The notes beneath the pieces are model-generated. The model was not told where the DNA came from and made no database searches. It saw nothing but the letters and a program-made list of their open reading frames with translations. Below are positions 7,180 to 14,830 of a stretch of DNA of 14,830 nt, in pieces. A program made the position numbers and the translations under genes. The stretch spans positions 1 through 14,830 of the forward strand of contig JAZDJU010000038.1 in assembly GCA_043803685.1 (NCBI GenBank), written 5' to 3'. The stretch is from Candidatus Omnitrophota bacterium (GTDB lineage: Bacteria > Omnitrophota > Omnitrophia > Omnitrophales > Aquincolibacteriaceae). Every line of letters starts with the position of its first letter. The first letter of the stretch is position 1.

Positions 7180-7662
7180 TCACTGCGAGGAGATATCATT
7201 CATGAAAGAATCATGCATCTTTTCGAGATCAAGAATGACGATCATGCGTCCATCCAACGCGCCTAAGCCCTGAATTTGCTCACGATCAATACTCATTTTG
7301 ACCTGCGGCACAGGATCGACTTTTTCCATATCAAATCTGACATTATCGAGAACCTTATCAACAACGAGACTCATCGTCAAATGATCCACTGTAGCAACCA
7401 AGAAACGCGTATCGAAAGTAAACGCATTTTCAGCAAGGTGGATTTTCTTTCTAAGATCAAAGACGGGAATAATGTTGCCGCGATTATTAATGACGCCGAG
7501 CGAGAACGGCGGCATCTGAGGAATTCTGGTGATCTTCGAAGGCTTGACAACTTCTTGAATCAATTGAATATCAATAGCATATTCTTCATTAGCGAGCTTA
7601 AAACAGACGAACTGTTTTATGCTCTTTTTAGCTTTTTCATTCGCGGCTATTTGATCAGTCAT
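7180..7662 (-). CDS. cheW: Chemotaxis adaptor CheW
   Basis: QFVCFKLANEEYAIDIQLIQEVV...ITRIPQMPPFSLGVINNRGNIIPVFDLR...LVVDKV...DGRMIVILD. Confidence 0.95.
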   Translation of the reverse strand: MTDQIAANEKAKKSIKQFVCFKLANEEYAIDIQLIQEVVKPSKITRIPQMPPFSLGVINNRGNIIPVFDLRKKIHLAENAFTFDTRFLVATVDHLTMSLVVDKVLDNVRFDMEKVDPVPQVKMSIDREQIQGLGALDGRMIVILDLEKMHDSFMNDISSQ

Positions 7663-7736
7663 AGCACCTTCACGGAAGATGTTAATAATCGCTCAGATTA
7701 AAATAGTTTATCTAGCCACCACGAAATCGGGAAAAA

Positions 7737-8252
7737 CTAAGAGGAAGACTGTTTTTCAATAAAGATATCCACCATCAAAAGGCCGGCATTCCCATGAGAA
7801 AAACTAATGGCGTACTTATACACCGCATCAATCTCTAGATCTTCATCGATCGTCCCGAAATAATTTGTTGGCGGAGTCAGCGTCACATCCTTGAAGCCTA
7901 GCGCCGATATTTCGGTTTTAAAGGTGCCGGCGATCACGTTACAAAACTCACCGCACGCATCTTTGATTTCCGATTCGCTCGAATCGCTACCAATCCCGAG
8001 ATTCCCAAATACACTTGCAATATTCTGGCTCGACACATAGACCACAATGCCCCCCCTCGTTCCACCCTGGCCCTGTTTGAACATCACTGCGGATGAAAAA
8101 GTACCTTCCCGAGCGAAAATTTGAGCGCGAATGATCTCCTTTTTTAAAACACTAGGCATATCCGCGATGACAAGAGAACACATAATTTTAAGCGTCGCAT
8201 TAACGGCCCGCATAGCGCTTGTCGCGATATCGACAATGTTGAGTTCTGACAT
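7737..8252 (-). CDS. CheX-like phosphatase (divergent)
   Basis: DACGEFCNVIAG...LTPP (E-x2-N-~x22-P motif); AGGAGG RBS at 8256-8261; chemotaxis context. Confidence 0.78.
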   Translation of the reverse strand: MSELNIVDIATSAMRAVNATLKIMCSLVIADMPSVLKKEIIRAQIFAREGTFSSAVMFKQGQGGTRGGIVVYVSSQNIASVFGNLGIGSDSSESEIKDACGEFCNVIAGTFKTEISALGFKDVTLTPPTNYFGTIDEDLEIDAVYKYAISFSHGNAGLLMVDIFIEKQSSS

Positions 8253-8266
8253 ACGCCTCCTTCCCC

Positions 8267-8833
8267 TTAAACTTCCTTGTCATTCACCAGATCTTGAAGA
8301 GACTGCGCAGCTTCATGGTCTTTGCGTTGAGCGCCTGGGATGCGCCTTTCATGCCCGATGGCAGCCAAAGTTAAAAGGAAAAGCGCTGAACCTTTATTCG
8401 ATCCAACCTTGATCGTCGTCAATTCCGTGTGTTTCAGCGTTGCCACACACATCTGTTTTTCACCCGAAATCACTGAGGGAATACAGATCTCAAAACCAGA
8501 GGCGGCAAGAGCCCCTTTTCTTTTCGTCACTCCCGCAATCATGTTTAAAATCTCTCCGACACCGTCAAGAACCTCTAAGTCCACAACCTCGATTTCCATA
8601 CCGAGCATACTGGAAACCAGACCGCAGGCCATCCGATCGGAAACAATCATCACAAGCGATCCTTCGATGCTGCCGGCAAAACCAATCGTGGCAATCACGC
8701 TTTTATCCTGCGCCGCCTGAAGGGGTTCTTGCCCCTCATCAAAAATAGCCTTTAATTGCAACGTGGTCTCATAAACCTCTGCGATCGCCTCACGACAAGC
8801 CTGGCGAAATAATTTCTTCTGTTCGTCTGTCAT
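8267..8833 (-). CDS. cheX: CheY-P phosphatase CheX with C-terminal tail
   Basis: IGFAGSIEGSL, DGVGEILNMIAG, FEICIPSVISG; ATGA overlap with the upstream cheY. Confidence 0.9.
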   Translation of the reverse strand: MTDEQKKLFRQACREAIAEVYETTLQLKAIFDEGQEPLQAAQDKSVIATIGFAGSIEGSLVMIVSDRMACGLVSSMLGMEIEVVDLEVLDGVGEILNMIAGVTKRKGALAASGFEICIPSVISGEKQMCVATLKHTELTTIKVGSNKGSALFLLTLAAIGHERRIPGAQRKDHEAAQSLQDLVNDKEV

Positions 8834-9210
8834 TTTTTTAGAATCCCTTCGATTTTTTCTTTAAATAGCTCCGGCGTAAAAGGTTTCACAATGTAACCTG
8901 CCAAAAGCGGATGACTTTTGCGCGCCGCCTGGATCTTATCTTCTGTACCCTCCGCGGTAACCATGATGCATGGAATGCGCGCAACCGCAGGAACCTTAGC
9001 AACTCCCGCCAAAAACTCCACGCCGGACATATTGGGCATACTCCAGTCACAAAGGATCAGCGCTATGTCCTGGTAATTTAAACCCAATTTCTGAATCGCA
9101 TCCTTTCCATCAACGGCTTCGAGAAATTCATGTTCAAAACCAGCCTTTCGTATGATCATCATGATCATTTTTCTTTGCACCGCAGAATCATCCACCACTA
9201 GAATTTTCAT
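8830..9210 (-). CDS. cheY: CheY-type single-domain response regulator
   Basis: KILVVDDS, ILCDWSMPNMSG, MVTAE, YIVKPFT..LFKEKI; all receiver active-site residues present. Confidence 0.9.
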   Translation of the reverse strand: MKILVVDDSAVQRKMIMMIIRKAGFEHEFLEAVDGKDAIQKLGLNYQDIALILCDWSMPNMSGVEFLAGVAKVPAVARIPCIMVTAEGTEDKIQAARKSHPLLAGYIVKPFTPELFKEKIEGILKK

Positions 9211-9300
9211 CTTATCACCTCATTAAAATGGAAAATTATCATCGCCTCGAAATTTATAAAAGCGTCAAATTTGCGACCCCGCTGCATACCTCGTTTTAAG

Positions 9301-9666
9301 TCAGCTTCCCAACGCTTTATTAATCGCCGAAACGACACGATCGTTTTCGAACGGTTTGACAATGTAATCAAACGCTCCGATTTTAATCGCTTTCATTAAC
9401 GGCTCCCGCTGATCAACCGCCGTCACCATCAGCACTTTAGCCTCCCGTGACAAAGAGAGAATCTTTTCCAGAGCTTCAATCCCATCACACTCGGGCATCA
9501 CGATGTCCATTGTGACTAAATCCGGTTTAAGCGCCTGATACTTCTCGACCGCTTCCAAACCATTTGCCGCTTCGCCGATGACTTCAAAGCCGTTTTGCAA
9601 AAGAATATTCTTCAGCATTAACCGAATAATCGGAGCATCGTCCACAATCAGTATTTTCGCGCTCAC
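9301..9666 (-). CDS. cheY: CheY-type single-domain response regulator (Bacillus/Thermotoga-like)
   Basis: GTG start; KILIVDDA, GEAANGLEAVEKY..LKPDLVTMDIVMP..DG, MVTA, YIVKPF. Confidence 0.92.
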   Translation of the reverse strand: MSAKILIVDDAPIIRLMLKNILLQNGFEVIGEAANGLEAVEKYQALKPDLVTMDIVMPECDGIEALEKILSLSREAKVLMVTAVDQREPLMKAIKIGAFDYIVKPFENDRVVSAINKALGS

Positions 9667-9676
9667 ACAATTCTCC

Positions 9677-10282
9677 TCACGTGGGTTCGGTAATAAGGCT
9701 TAGGATCTTTTCACTATTCCCCGTTGGCATTAAAAACATACAGCAATCGATGTTTTGACTGACGATATAGAATTTGGATTGAATGATAAGAACTTTATTA
9801 TCTTTCGCTGCGACATCCAGCAAATACTCTTCGAGCAAAGTCCCGACAAAATCATGCACAACTACAGGCGGAGAGGGTCGTATGGCAATTTGACAATCAG
9901 CAGAGAAAACATTCGAAATCGCACTTGCGATAATATTCCCAATTTCCTGAACCGCGCTTTTCGCATAGACATCTAATTCAGTCGTAGTTCCGGCGGCACG
10001 CTTTAATATAAGATCCGTTAGAATTTTACAGCCTTGCGGCTCCACAAAAAAAAGAAACTTCAGATCCGCTTCACCCGTGATATCAACAAAAACGCCGACT
10101 ACTTCCTTATCCATCTGTCCAATATCTCCGGAAACGGCGGTGATGTCGGTCATATAGGCCTTTTCAAGCTCAATAGTGGCCGCCGTCTTAATAAATTTTG
10201 AAAAAACCTGTGAAGCGCGGTCAATACTCAGCTGGGAAATAAGTCGGATCACTTTATTAATTTTATTCTCTTGATCGTCCAC
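9677..10282 (-). CDS. cheC: CheC-family phosphatase
   Basis: 201 aa; GTG start 1 nt after the cheD stop; SAVQEIGNIIASA...PSPP active-site motif; cheD-cheC-cheY adjacency. Confidence 0.88.
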   Translation of the reverse strand: MDDQENKINKVIRLISQLSIDRASQVFSKFIKTAATIELEKAYMTDITAVSGDIGQMDKEVVGVFVDITGEADLKFLFFVEPQGCKILTDLILKRAAGTTTELDVYAKSAVQEIGNIIASAISNVFSADCQIAIRPSPPVVVHDFVGTLLEEYLLDVAAKDNKVLIIQSKFYIVSQNIDCCMFLMPTGNSEKILSLITEPT

Positions 10283-10283
10283 G

Positions 10284-10778
10284 CTAAACCTCCAGAACGG
10301 GTTGCCCGAACGCCTGATACTTCACGCGCCCGGTCGCTAAATCAAAGGCTATCGAACACCCCTGGTTCCCACCTGTTTTCACTGCCAAAACACGGATCTC
10401 TAAACGAGCTAAGACCTGACGGACAGCCTCCACATTATCGCCTCCAATATCAAGAGTCACATGTTTCAAGACATGTCCCCCGCCAAAGATTTTAGCGGTT
10501 ATGAGTTCTTTTTTCACAAGAGGATAACGTATCAACTGGGCCAACAACTCCTTAACCCCAGTATCTGCAAACTTCGCCTTATTGAAATCGGTCTTACCCT
10601 CCGGCGCTTGTGGCAGCATACAGTGGAGCATCCCACCGATTTCTTGAACCGGATCATAAAGACAGACAGCCACGCAAGATCCCAACACGGTGGTAATGAC
10701 CGATGGATTTTGACCGGTTTTTATATCGGCAATCCTCACAACAATTGAATCTGATGATAAATCAGCATGATTGGTCAT
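10284..10778 (-). CDS. cheD: Chemoreceptor glutamine deamidase CheD
   Basis: TVLGSCVAVCLYD...GGMLHCMLP (catalytic Cys/His), KFADTG, AKIFGGG, IG..N, TGG. Confidence 0.96.
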   Translation of the reverse strand: MTNHADLSSDSIVVRIADIKTGQNPSVITTVLGSCVAVCLYDPVQEIGGMLHCMLPQAPEGKTDFNKAKFADTGVKELLAQLIRYPLVKKELITAKIFGGGHVLKHVTLDIGGDNVEAVRQVLARLEIRVLAVKTGGNQGCSIAFDLATGRVKYQAFGQPVLEV

Positions 10779-10788
10779 GGCACCCGTT

Positions 10789-13455
10789 TTAATTAAGCCC
10801 TTTAGCTAATTCAATCACTGCACTGGCGTCCAGAATCAAGGCTATTTTACCATCGCCAAGAATCGATACACCCGTAATACCCTTCACTCGAGAAAAATGC
10901 TCGCTGAGAGGCTTAATCACAATCTCATCTTCTCCTATTAATTGATCGACCGCAAGCCCCAAAAGTTGATGTCCGTCCGTTACCACCACCACTGTCTTGG
11001 TATTCATTTCACTCTCGCGAACATGACCGGCTCCGATCAACCCCTGCAGATCGATCAAACTCAATGCATGCTCTCGTAATTTTACTGTCAACACACCATC
11101 GACCTTTGAAATTTGAGCCGATTCAAATTTAACAATCTCAAGCACGGACTCTATGGGGAACGCATAAACCCCCTTACCTGCGGTGGCCAAAAGCGCCTTA
11201 ATGATGGCAAGCGTCAACGGGATCCTTAAAATAAAAACTGTCCCTTTTCCTTTCTCCGTAAAAATCTCAATAGTTCCGTTCATGGAAGTAATCATGTTTT
11301 TGACCACATCCATACCTACCCCGCGCCCGGAAATATCCGTCACCTTTTTTGCGGTGCTGAAACCCGGCAAGAACATTAGATCCAATTTTTCCTTGACCGT
11401 GAATTTATCGGCTTGTTCTTTGGTATAAAAACCCTTTTCAACAGCCACGTTGACCAGCTCCTCAGGATCAACACCTTTGCCATCATCGCTCACTTCAATG
11501 CAGATGCTATTGCCGCGATGAGACGCCTTTAGAAGAATCGTTCCAGCTTCCGTTTTCCCGGATTTTCGCCTTAAATCCTGATTTTCGATACCATGATCGA
11601 TCGAGTTGCGCACCATATGCGTCAGAGGCTCCACCAAACAGTCCACAATCTTTTTATCGAGCTCCGTTTCCTCGCCCTCGATCTTCAACATAATTTCCTT
11701 GCCAACTTCCTTAGAAATATCCCTTACAATGCGCTTGAAACGGGTAAAAACAGCCTCGACCGGAACCATCCGTGCCTGCATCACGCCGGACTGAATATCT
11801 GCGGAAATTTTCCCTAAAACACCCGTCATTTCATCAAGGGCATGGACTCTTGCATGGATGGCACTCCCTGCCAATCGAGTCTTGATTTGCTGAAGCCTGC
11901 TAGTAAACTCCTGTGTCGTTTTTGAAATACGTTGAGCCACTTCGCTCGATTTCGTCCCTGTCCGCAAGGATTCTCCACCTTTCAATAAACTATCCTGAAG
12001 ACATATCAAGTCTTCCACTTCATTGGCAACGCCCCGTTGGATGGTAGCTTCTTCACTGCACAAACGAACAAGTTGTCCAAAACGAGCACGCAAAATCGCT
12101 AATTCTCCAGACAAATTCATCAGCTGATCCAGCTTAAACGAATCGATGCGAAGCGTCGAACTCTCTGACATCGTATTTTTTACGTTTAGTGTTTCTTTGA
12201 CGGCGCTCGATTTATCCTGCGCGTTCAATCCCATGGCCGCAAGCTGCTTGGCGTCTAGCCTCTCGATTTGAGAAATCGCAACCCCGTCGATCGATAAAAG
12301 ACTGCGGATATCTTTTTCATTCGCGGGCGAGCCAAACAAAATACCCATGGTCAGATCGATCGTTTGCGCATCTTTGATCAGCGCAAGCGCCGGATGAATC
12401 TGAATCACCTTTCCTCTTTGGCGTAAACGTTCTTCTATCACCATCGCTTTCATACTCTTCATCGCGATCTCTTTATCGATCGTCAAAAAAATACGAAAGA
12501 TCTCTGAACCCTCCGCTACGCTTTCCTTGATCAACGAACTTTGCTCTTGACTCAAAGACACTGGCATCGTCGTTTCATCCATAGAAATCACCTCCCCCGC
12601 AGAAGTCGTGTCAAGAGTTCCCATTAAAGCATTGCAAACTTCGGAAACATCCCCGGGCTCCTTATTACCCTTCTTTAACTCTGCCAGAAGCCCTTTTATG
12701 GCATCCATCCCTAAAAAAAGAGGGCTCATTTTAGAACCATCCATCAGAGCTGTCCCGTGACGGACTGCATCCAAAAGATTTTCAATATGATGAGCGACCT
12801 TTGCGATGGAGACCACATTCACAGCCCAGGCAGACCCTTTGAGAGTATGGGCAAGCCGAAACATCGTATGAATGACGTCTTTGTCGGCCTTGTTCTGCTC
12901 CAGGGAAAGTAGCGACTGCTCCAAACCCTGGATGTTCTCCTCAGCTTCTACAATAAATTCCGGTAAATATTCATCCCGGACAGCGACCGATTCAAGGCTT
13001 GAGGGAAGCGTTTCTATAGGAGCCTCTCGACCTTTCAAAACATCTTCGATGTGATGTAAACATTCCGTCGTCTCAACGTCCCCCTCTTCTCCGGAATCCT
13101 TTAACGAGAGAAACAACGCTCCGACCGTATCCAGGGTTTTAAAAAGCACATCGATAATAATGGCCGAAAAAAGAACCTCCTTACGCCGGATCCTATCCAG
13201 TAAAGTTTCGGCCTGATGGGTCAATTCAACGGTCTTTTTTAAATCGAGAAACGAGGCGGTTCCTTTGATGGTATGCGCCGCACGAAACATCGCGTTGATA
13301 TTGTCGTCGGAAACTGTTTGCCCCTGCTTAAACGCCGCTTCAACCCCAAGAAGTTTTTCATTCAAAACGACCAGATACTCATTTCCCTCCGAAAGAAACT
13401 CCTGGATCAATTCCCGACGCTCATCCGGAGGCATTTCAAATTTATTATCGCTCAT
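10789..13455 (-). CDS. cheA: Chemotaxis histidine kinase CheA with two Hpt domains
   Basis: Hpt motifs FRAAHTIKG (H61) and FRLAHTLKG (H203); P2-like region; P3; HATPase boxes HMVRNSIDHG, DDGKG, PGFST, SGRGVGMDVV; IPLTLAI followed by the P5 domain. 888 aa. Confidence 0.97.
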   Translation of the reverse strand: MSDNKFEMPPDERRELIQEFLSEGNEYLVVLNEKLLGVEAAFKQGQTVSDDNINAMFRAAHTIKGTASFLDLKKTVELTHQAETLLDRIRRKEVLFSAIIIDVLFKTLDTVGALFLSLKDSGEEGDVETTECLHHIEDVLKGREAPIETLPSSLESVAVRDEYLPEFIVEAEENIQGLEQSLLSLEQNKADKDVIHTMFRLAHTLKGSAWAVNVVSIAKVAHHIENLLDAVRHGTALMDGSKMSPLFLGMDAIKGLLAELKKGNKEPGDVSEVCNALMGTLDTTSAGEVISMDETTMPVSLSQEQSSLIKESVAEGSEIFRIFLTIDKEIAMKSMKAMVIEERLRQRGKVIQIHPALALIKDAQTIDLTMGILFGSPANEKDIRSLLSIDGVAISQIERLDAKQLAAMGLNAQDKSSAVKETLNVKNTMSESSTLRIDSFKLDQLMNLSGELAILRARFGQLVRLCSEEATIQRGVANEVEDLICLQDSLLKGGESLRTGTKSSEVAQRISKTTQEFTSRLQQIKTRLAGSAIHARVHALDEMTGVLGKISADIQSGVMQARMVPVEAVFTRFKRIVRDISKEVGKEIMLKIEGEETELDKKIVDCLVEPLTHMVRNSIDHGIENQDLRRKSGKTEAGTILLKASHRGNSICIEVSDDGKGVDPEELVNVAVEKGFYTKEQADKFTVKEKLDLMFLPGFSTAKKVTDISGRGVGMDVVKNMITSMNGTIEIFTEKGKGTVFILRIPLTLAIIKALLATAGKGVYAFPIESVLEIVKFESAQISKVDGVLTVKLREHALSLIDLQGLIGAGHVRESEMNTKTVVVVTDGHQLLGLAVDQLIGEDEIVIKPLSEHFSRVKGITGVSILGDGKIALILDASAVIELAKGLN

Positions 13456-13466
13456 GCTTCCCCCTG

Positions 13467-14507
13467 CTACAAAGCAACCCGCTGAATGCCAGCGGCGATC
13501 TTATGAATATCCATTTCAACATCAACTGCACCGGACTTGTATGCCGCCTTGGGCATTCCATAAACCACACAACTCTCTTCATCTTGGCCGATCACAAACG
13601 CTCCACGCTCGTGCATTCGCACCAAACCCCGCGTGCCATCTTCACCCATACCGGTCAAAATAACTCCGAGGGCTTTTGATCCGGCATATTCCGCGACAGT
13701 TTCAAAGAGAACATCACACGATGGGCAATGCCCCGAGACCTTATCGGTTTCACCCAGCCGAATTTGATATTGGTCTGCTGATTTCCCAATACGCATTTGA
13801 ATTCCGCCCGGAGCCAGATAACAAGTCCCGGATCGGATCACCTCTTTATCGACGGCCTCTTTCACGGTCATTTTTGACAGGGTATTCAATCGCTCAGCAA
13901 ACGCCTTGGTGAAATGACGCGGCATATGCTGTACCCACACAATGGGTTTCATGGTTTCCGGCAGAAGCGGGATCACATAGGTCGCCGCCTGAACACCTCC
14001 CGTAGAAGATCCCATGGCAACCAGATCAATGAGACGCGGCTCTATCCGTGGAGTTACATTTTCTGCGGGTAATCGCGCCGGCCTGAGGGGCTCAGTCTTC
14101 AAACTCTTACGGCTAAAGGCCATGAGAATGATTTTCGTCACCATCTCGTGCGAGACCATATCGAAGCTATTGCCTTCTGCGGGTCGTAAGAAAATATCCA
14201 CAGCGCCATATTCCAAAGCTTTCACCGCCAATTCGGAACCCTGGCTTGTATAAGAACTAAAAATAAAAACAGGGACCGGATGCGTGCGCATAATCATCTG
14301 AAGCGCTTCAAGCCCTGTCATGACCGGCATGACACAATCAAGAATAACGATGTCAGGCGACATCTCCTTCGTTAGCCGAACGGCCTCCTTGCCGTTTTCA
14401 GCAAAACCAATCACTTCAATATGTCCGCTTTTCTCAAGACAATCCCTTAGCATTTTTCTTAATAAAGCAGAGTCATCCGCAATCAACACTCTGATTTTCT
14501 TATTCAT
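13467..14507 (-). CDS. cheB: Chemotaxis response regulator/methylesterase CheB
   Basis: N-terminal receiver domain (IADDS, ILDCVMP) plus esterase triad motifs GSSTGG, VQHMP and LTGMGEDG; also HCPSCDVLF and VVYGMP. Confidence 0.97.
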   Translation of the reverse strand: MNKKIRVLIADDSALLRKMLRDCLEKSGHIEVIGFAENGKEAVRLTKEMSPDIVILDCVMPVMTGLEALQMIMRTHPVPVFIFSSYTSQGSELAVKALEYGAVDIFLRPAEGNSFDMVSHEMVTKIILMAFSRKSLKTEPLRPARLPAENVTPRIEPRLIDLVAMGSSTGGVQAATYVIPLLPETMKPIVWVQHMPRHFTKAFAERLNTLSKMTVKEAVDKEVIRSGTCYLAPGGIQMRIGKSADQYQIRLGETDKVSGHCPSCDVLFETVAEYAGSKALGVILTGMGEDGTRGLVRMHERGAFVIGQDEESCVVYGMPKAAYKSGAVDVEMDIHKIAAGIQRVAL

Positions 14508-14830
14508 GCTCGCCCCTGCTCGCTAGTTTTTTGTAAGCACTGACATTCATAGGTCGCAAATCCGTTTGAACATCATTGAGAGTCTCTGAAAGCCCGACGA
14601 TCAAATATCCGCCCGGGGCAAGCCGCTGCTCAAGTAACGCGACGATCTTTTTTTTGCTCTCGATGTCTGAGTAAATAAGGGCATTACGAATGAAGATGAC
14701 ATGAAAACCGCTGAGGTGAAACGGCGTCAATAAATTATGCGTCGAAAAATCCACCTCACGCTGAAGACTCTCGGCTATTTTGTAATACGTTTTCCCTCCG
14801 ACCATAGTTACCTGGAAATATTTTTCAAGC
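14500..14830 (-). CDS. cheR: Chemotaxis methyltransferase CheR, C-terminal part (5'-truncated by window edge)
   Basis: The frame is open to the window edge: LEKYF...VDFSTHNLL...FHVIFIRNALIYSD...LAPGGYLIVGLSETL. Overlaps the cheB start by 8 bp. Confidence 0.9.
   Translation of the reverse strand, partial: LEKYFQVTMVGGKTYYKIAESLQREVDFSTHNLLTPFHLSGFHVIFIRNALIYSDIESKKKIVALLEQRLAPGGYLIVGLSETLNDVQTDLRPMNVSAYKKLASRGEHE

Noticed and set aside
7131..7736. Sigma28-like -10 elements (ACCGATAG near 7170, AGCGATTA near 7690) in the gaps flanking cheW
   Set aside because: No TAAA -35 element at the expected 15-nt spacing; the matches are too weak.
2283..14526. Remaining short alternative ORFs in the track (60-165 aa)
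   Set aside because: All overlap well-supported minus-strand genes and lack motifs.
1..14830. CRISPR arrays, tRNA/rRNA, IS elements, intrinsic terminators
   Set aside because: No repeat-spacer periodicity, transposase/integrase motifs, RNA-gene-like segments or strong GC hairpin plus U-tract were seen. The window is almost fully coding.

Overview
The window is one uninterrupted minus-strand bacterial gene run of 18 CDS, truncated at both ends. In transcription order (right to left) it starts with a chemosensory cluster: cheR (partial), cheB, cheA (two Hpt domains, extended dimerisation domain), cheD, cheC, cheY, cheY, cheX, cheX-like, cheW, a kinase-less CheA paralogue (P3+P5 only) and a sensor-less two-TM MCP. 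Only 12 bp downstream, an anaerobic energy module begins: hydrogenase maturation protease, tusA-like, hdrA, mvhD, mvhG and mvhA (partial, missing from the ORF track). This module is a cytoplasmic group 3c-type [NiFe]-hydrogenase/HdrA unit with no hdrBC in view. The most notable points are the apparent operonic coupling of a receptor lacking a sensor domain to an H2/flavin-bifurcation module, and the CheA paralogue that has cleanly lost its ATP-binding domain. No RNA genes, mobile elements or CRISPR arrays were recognised. Family calls come from motif recognition by eye, not from database searches.
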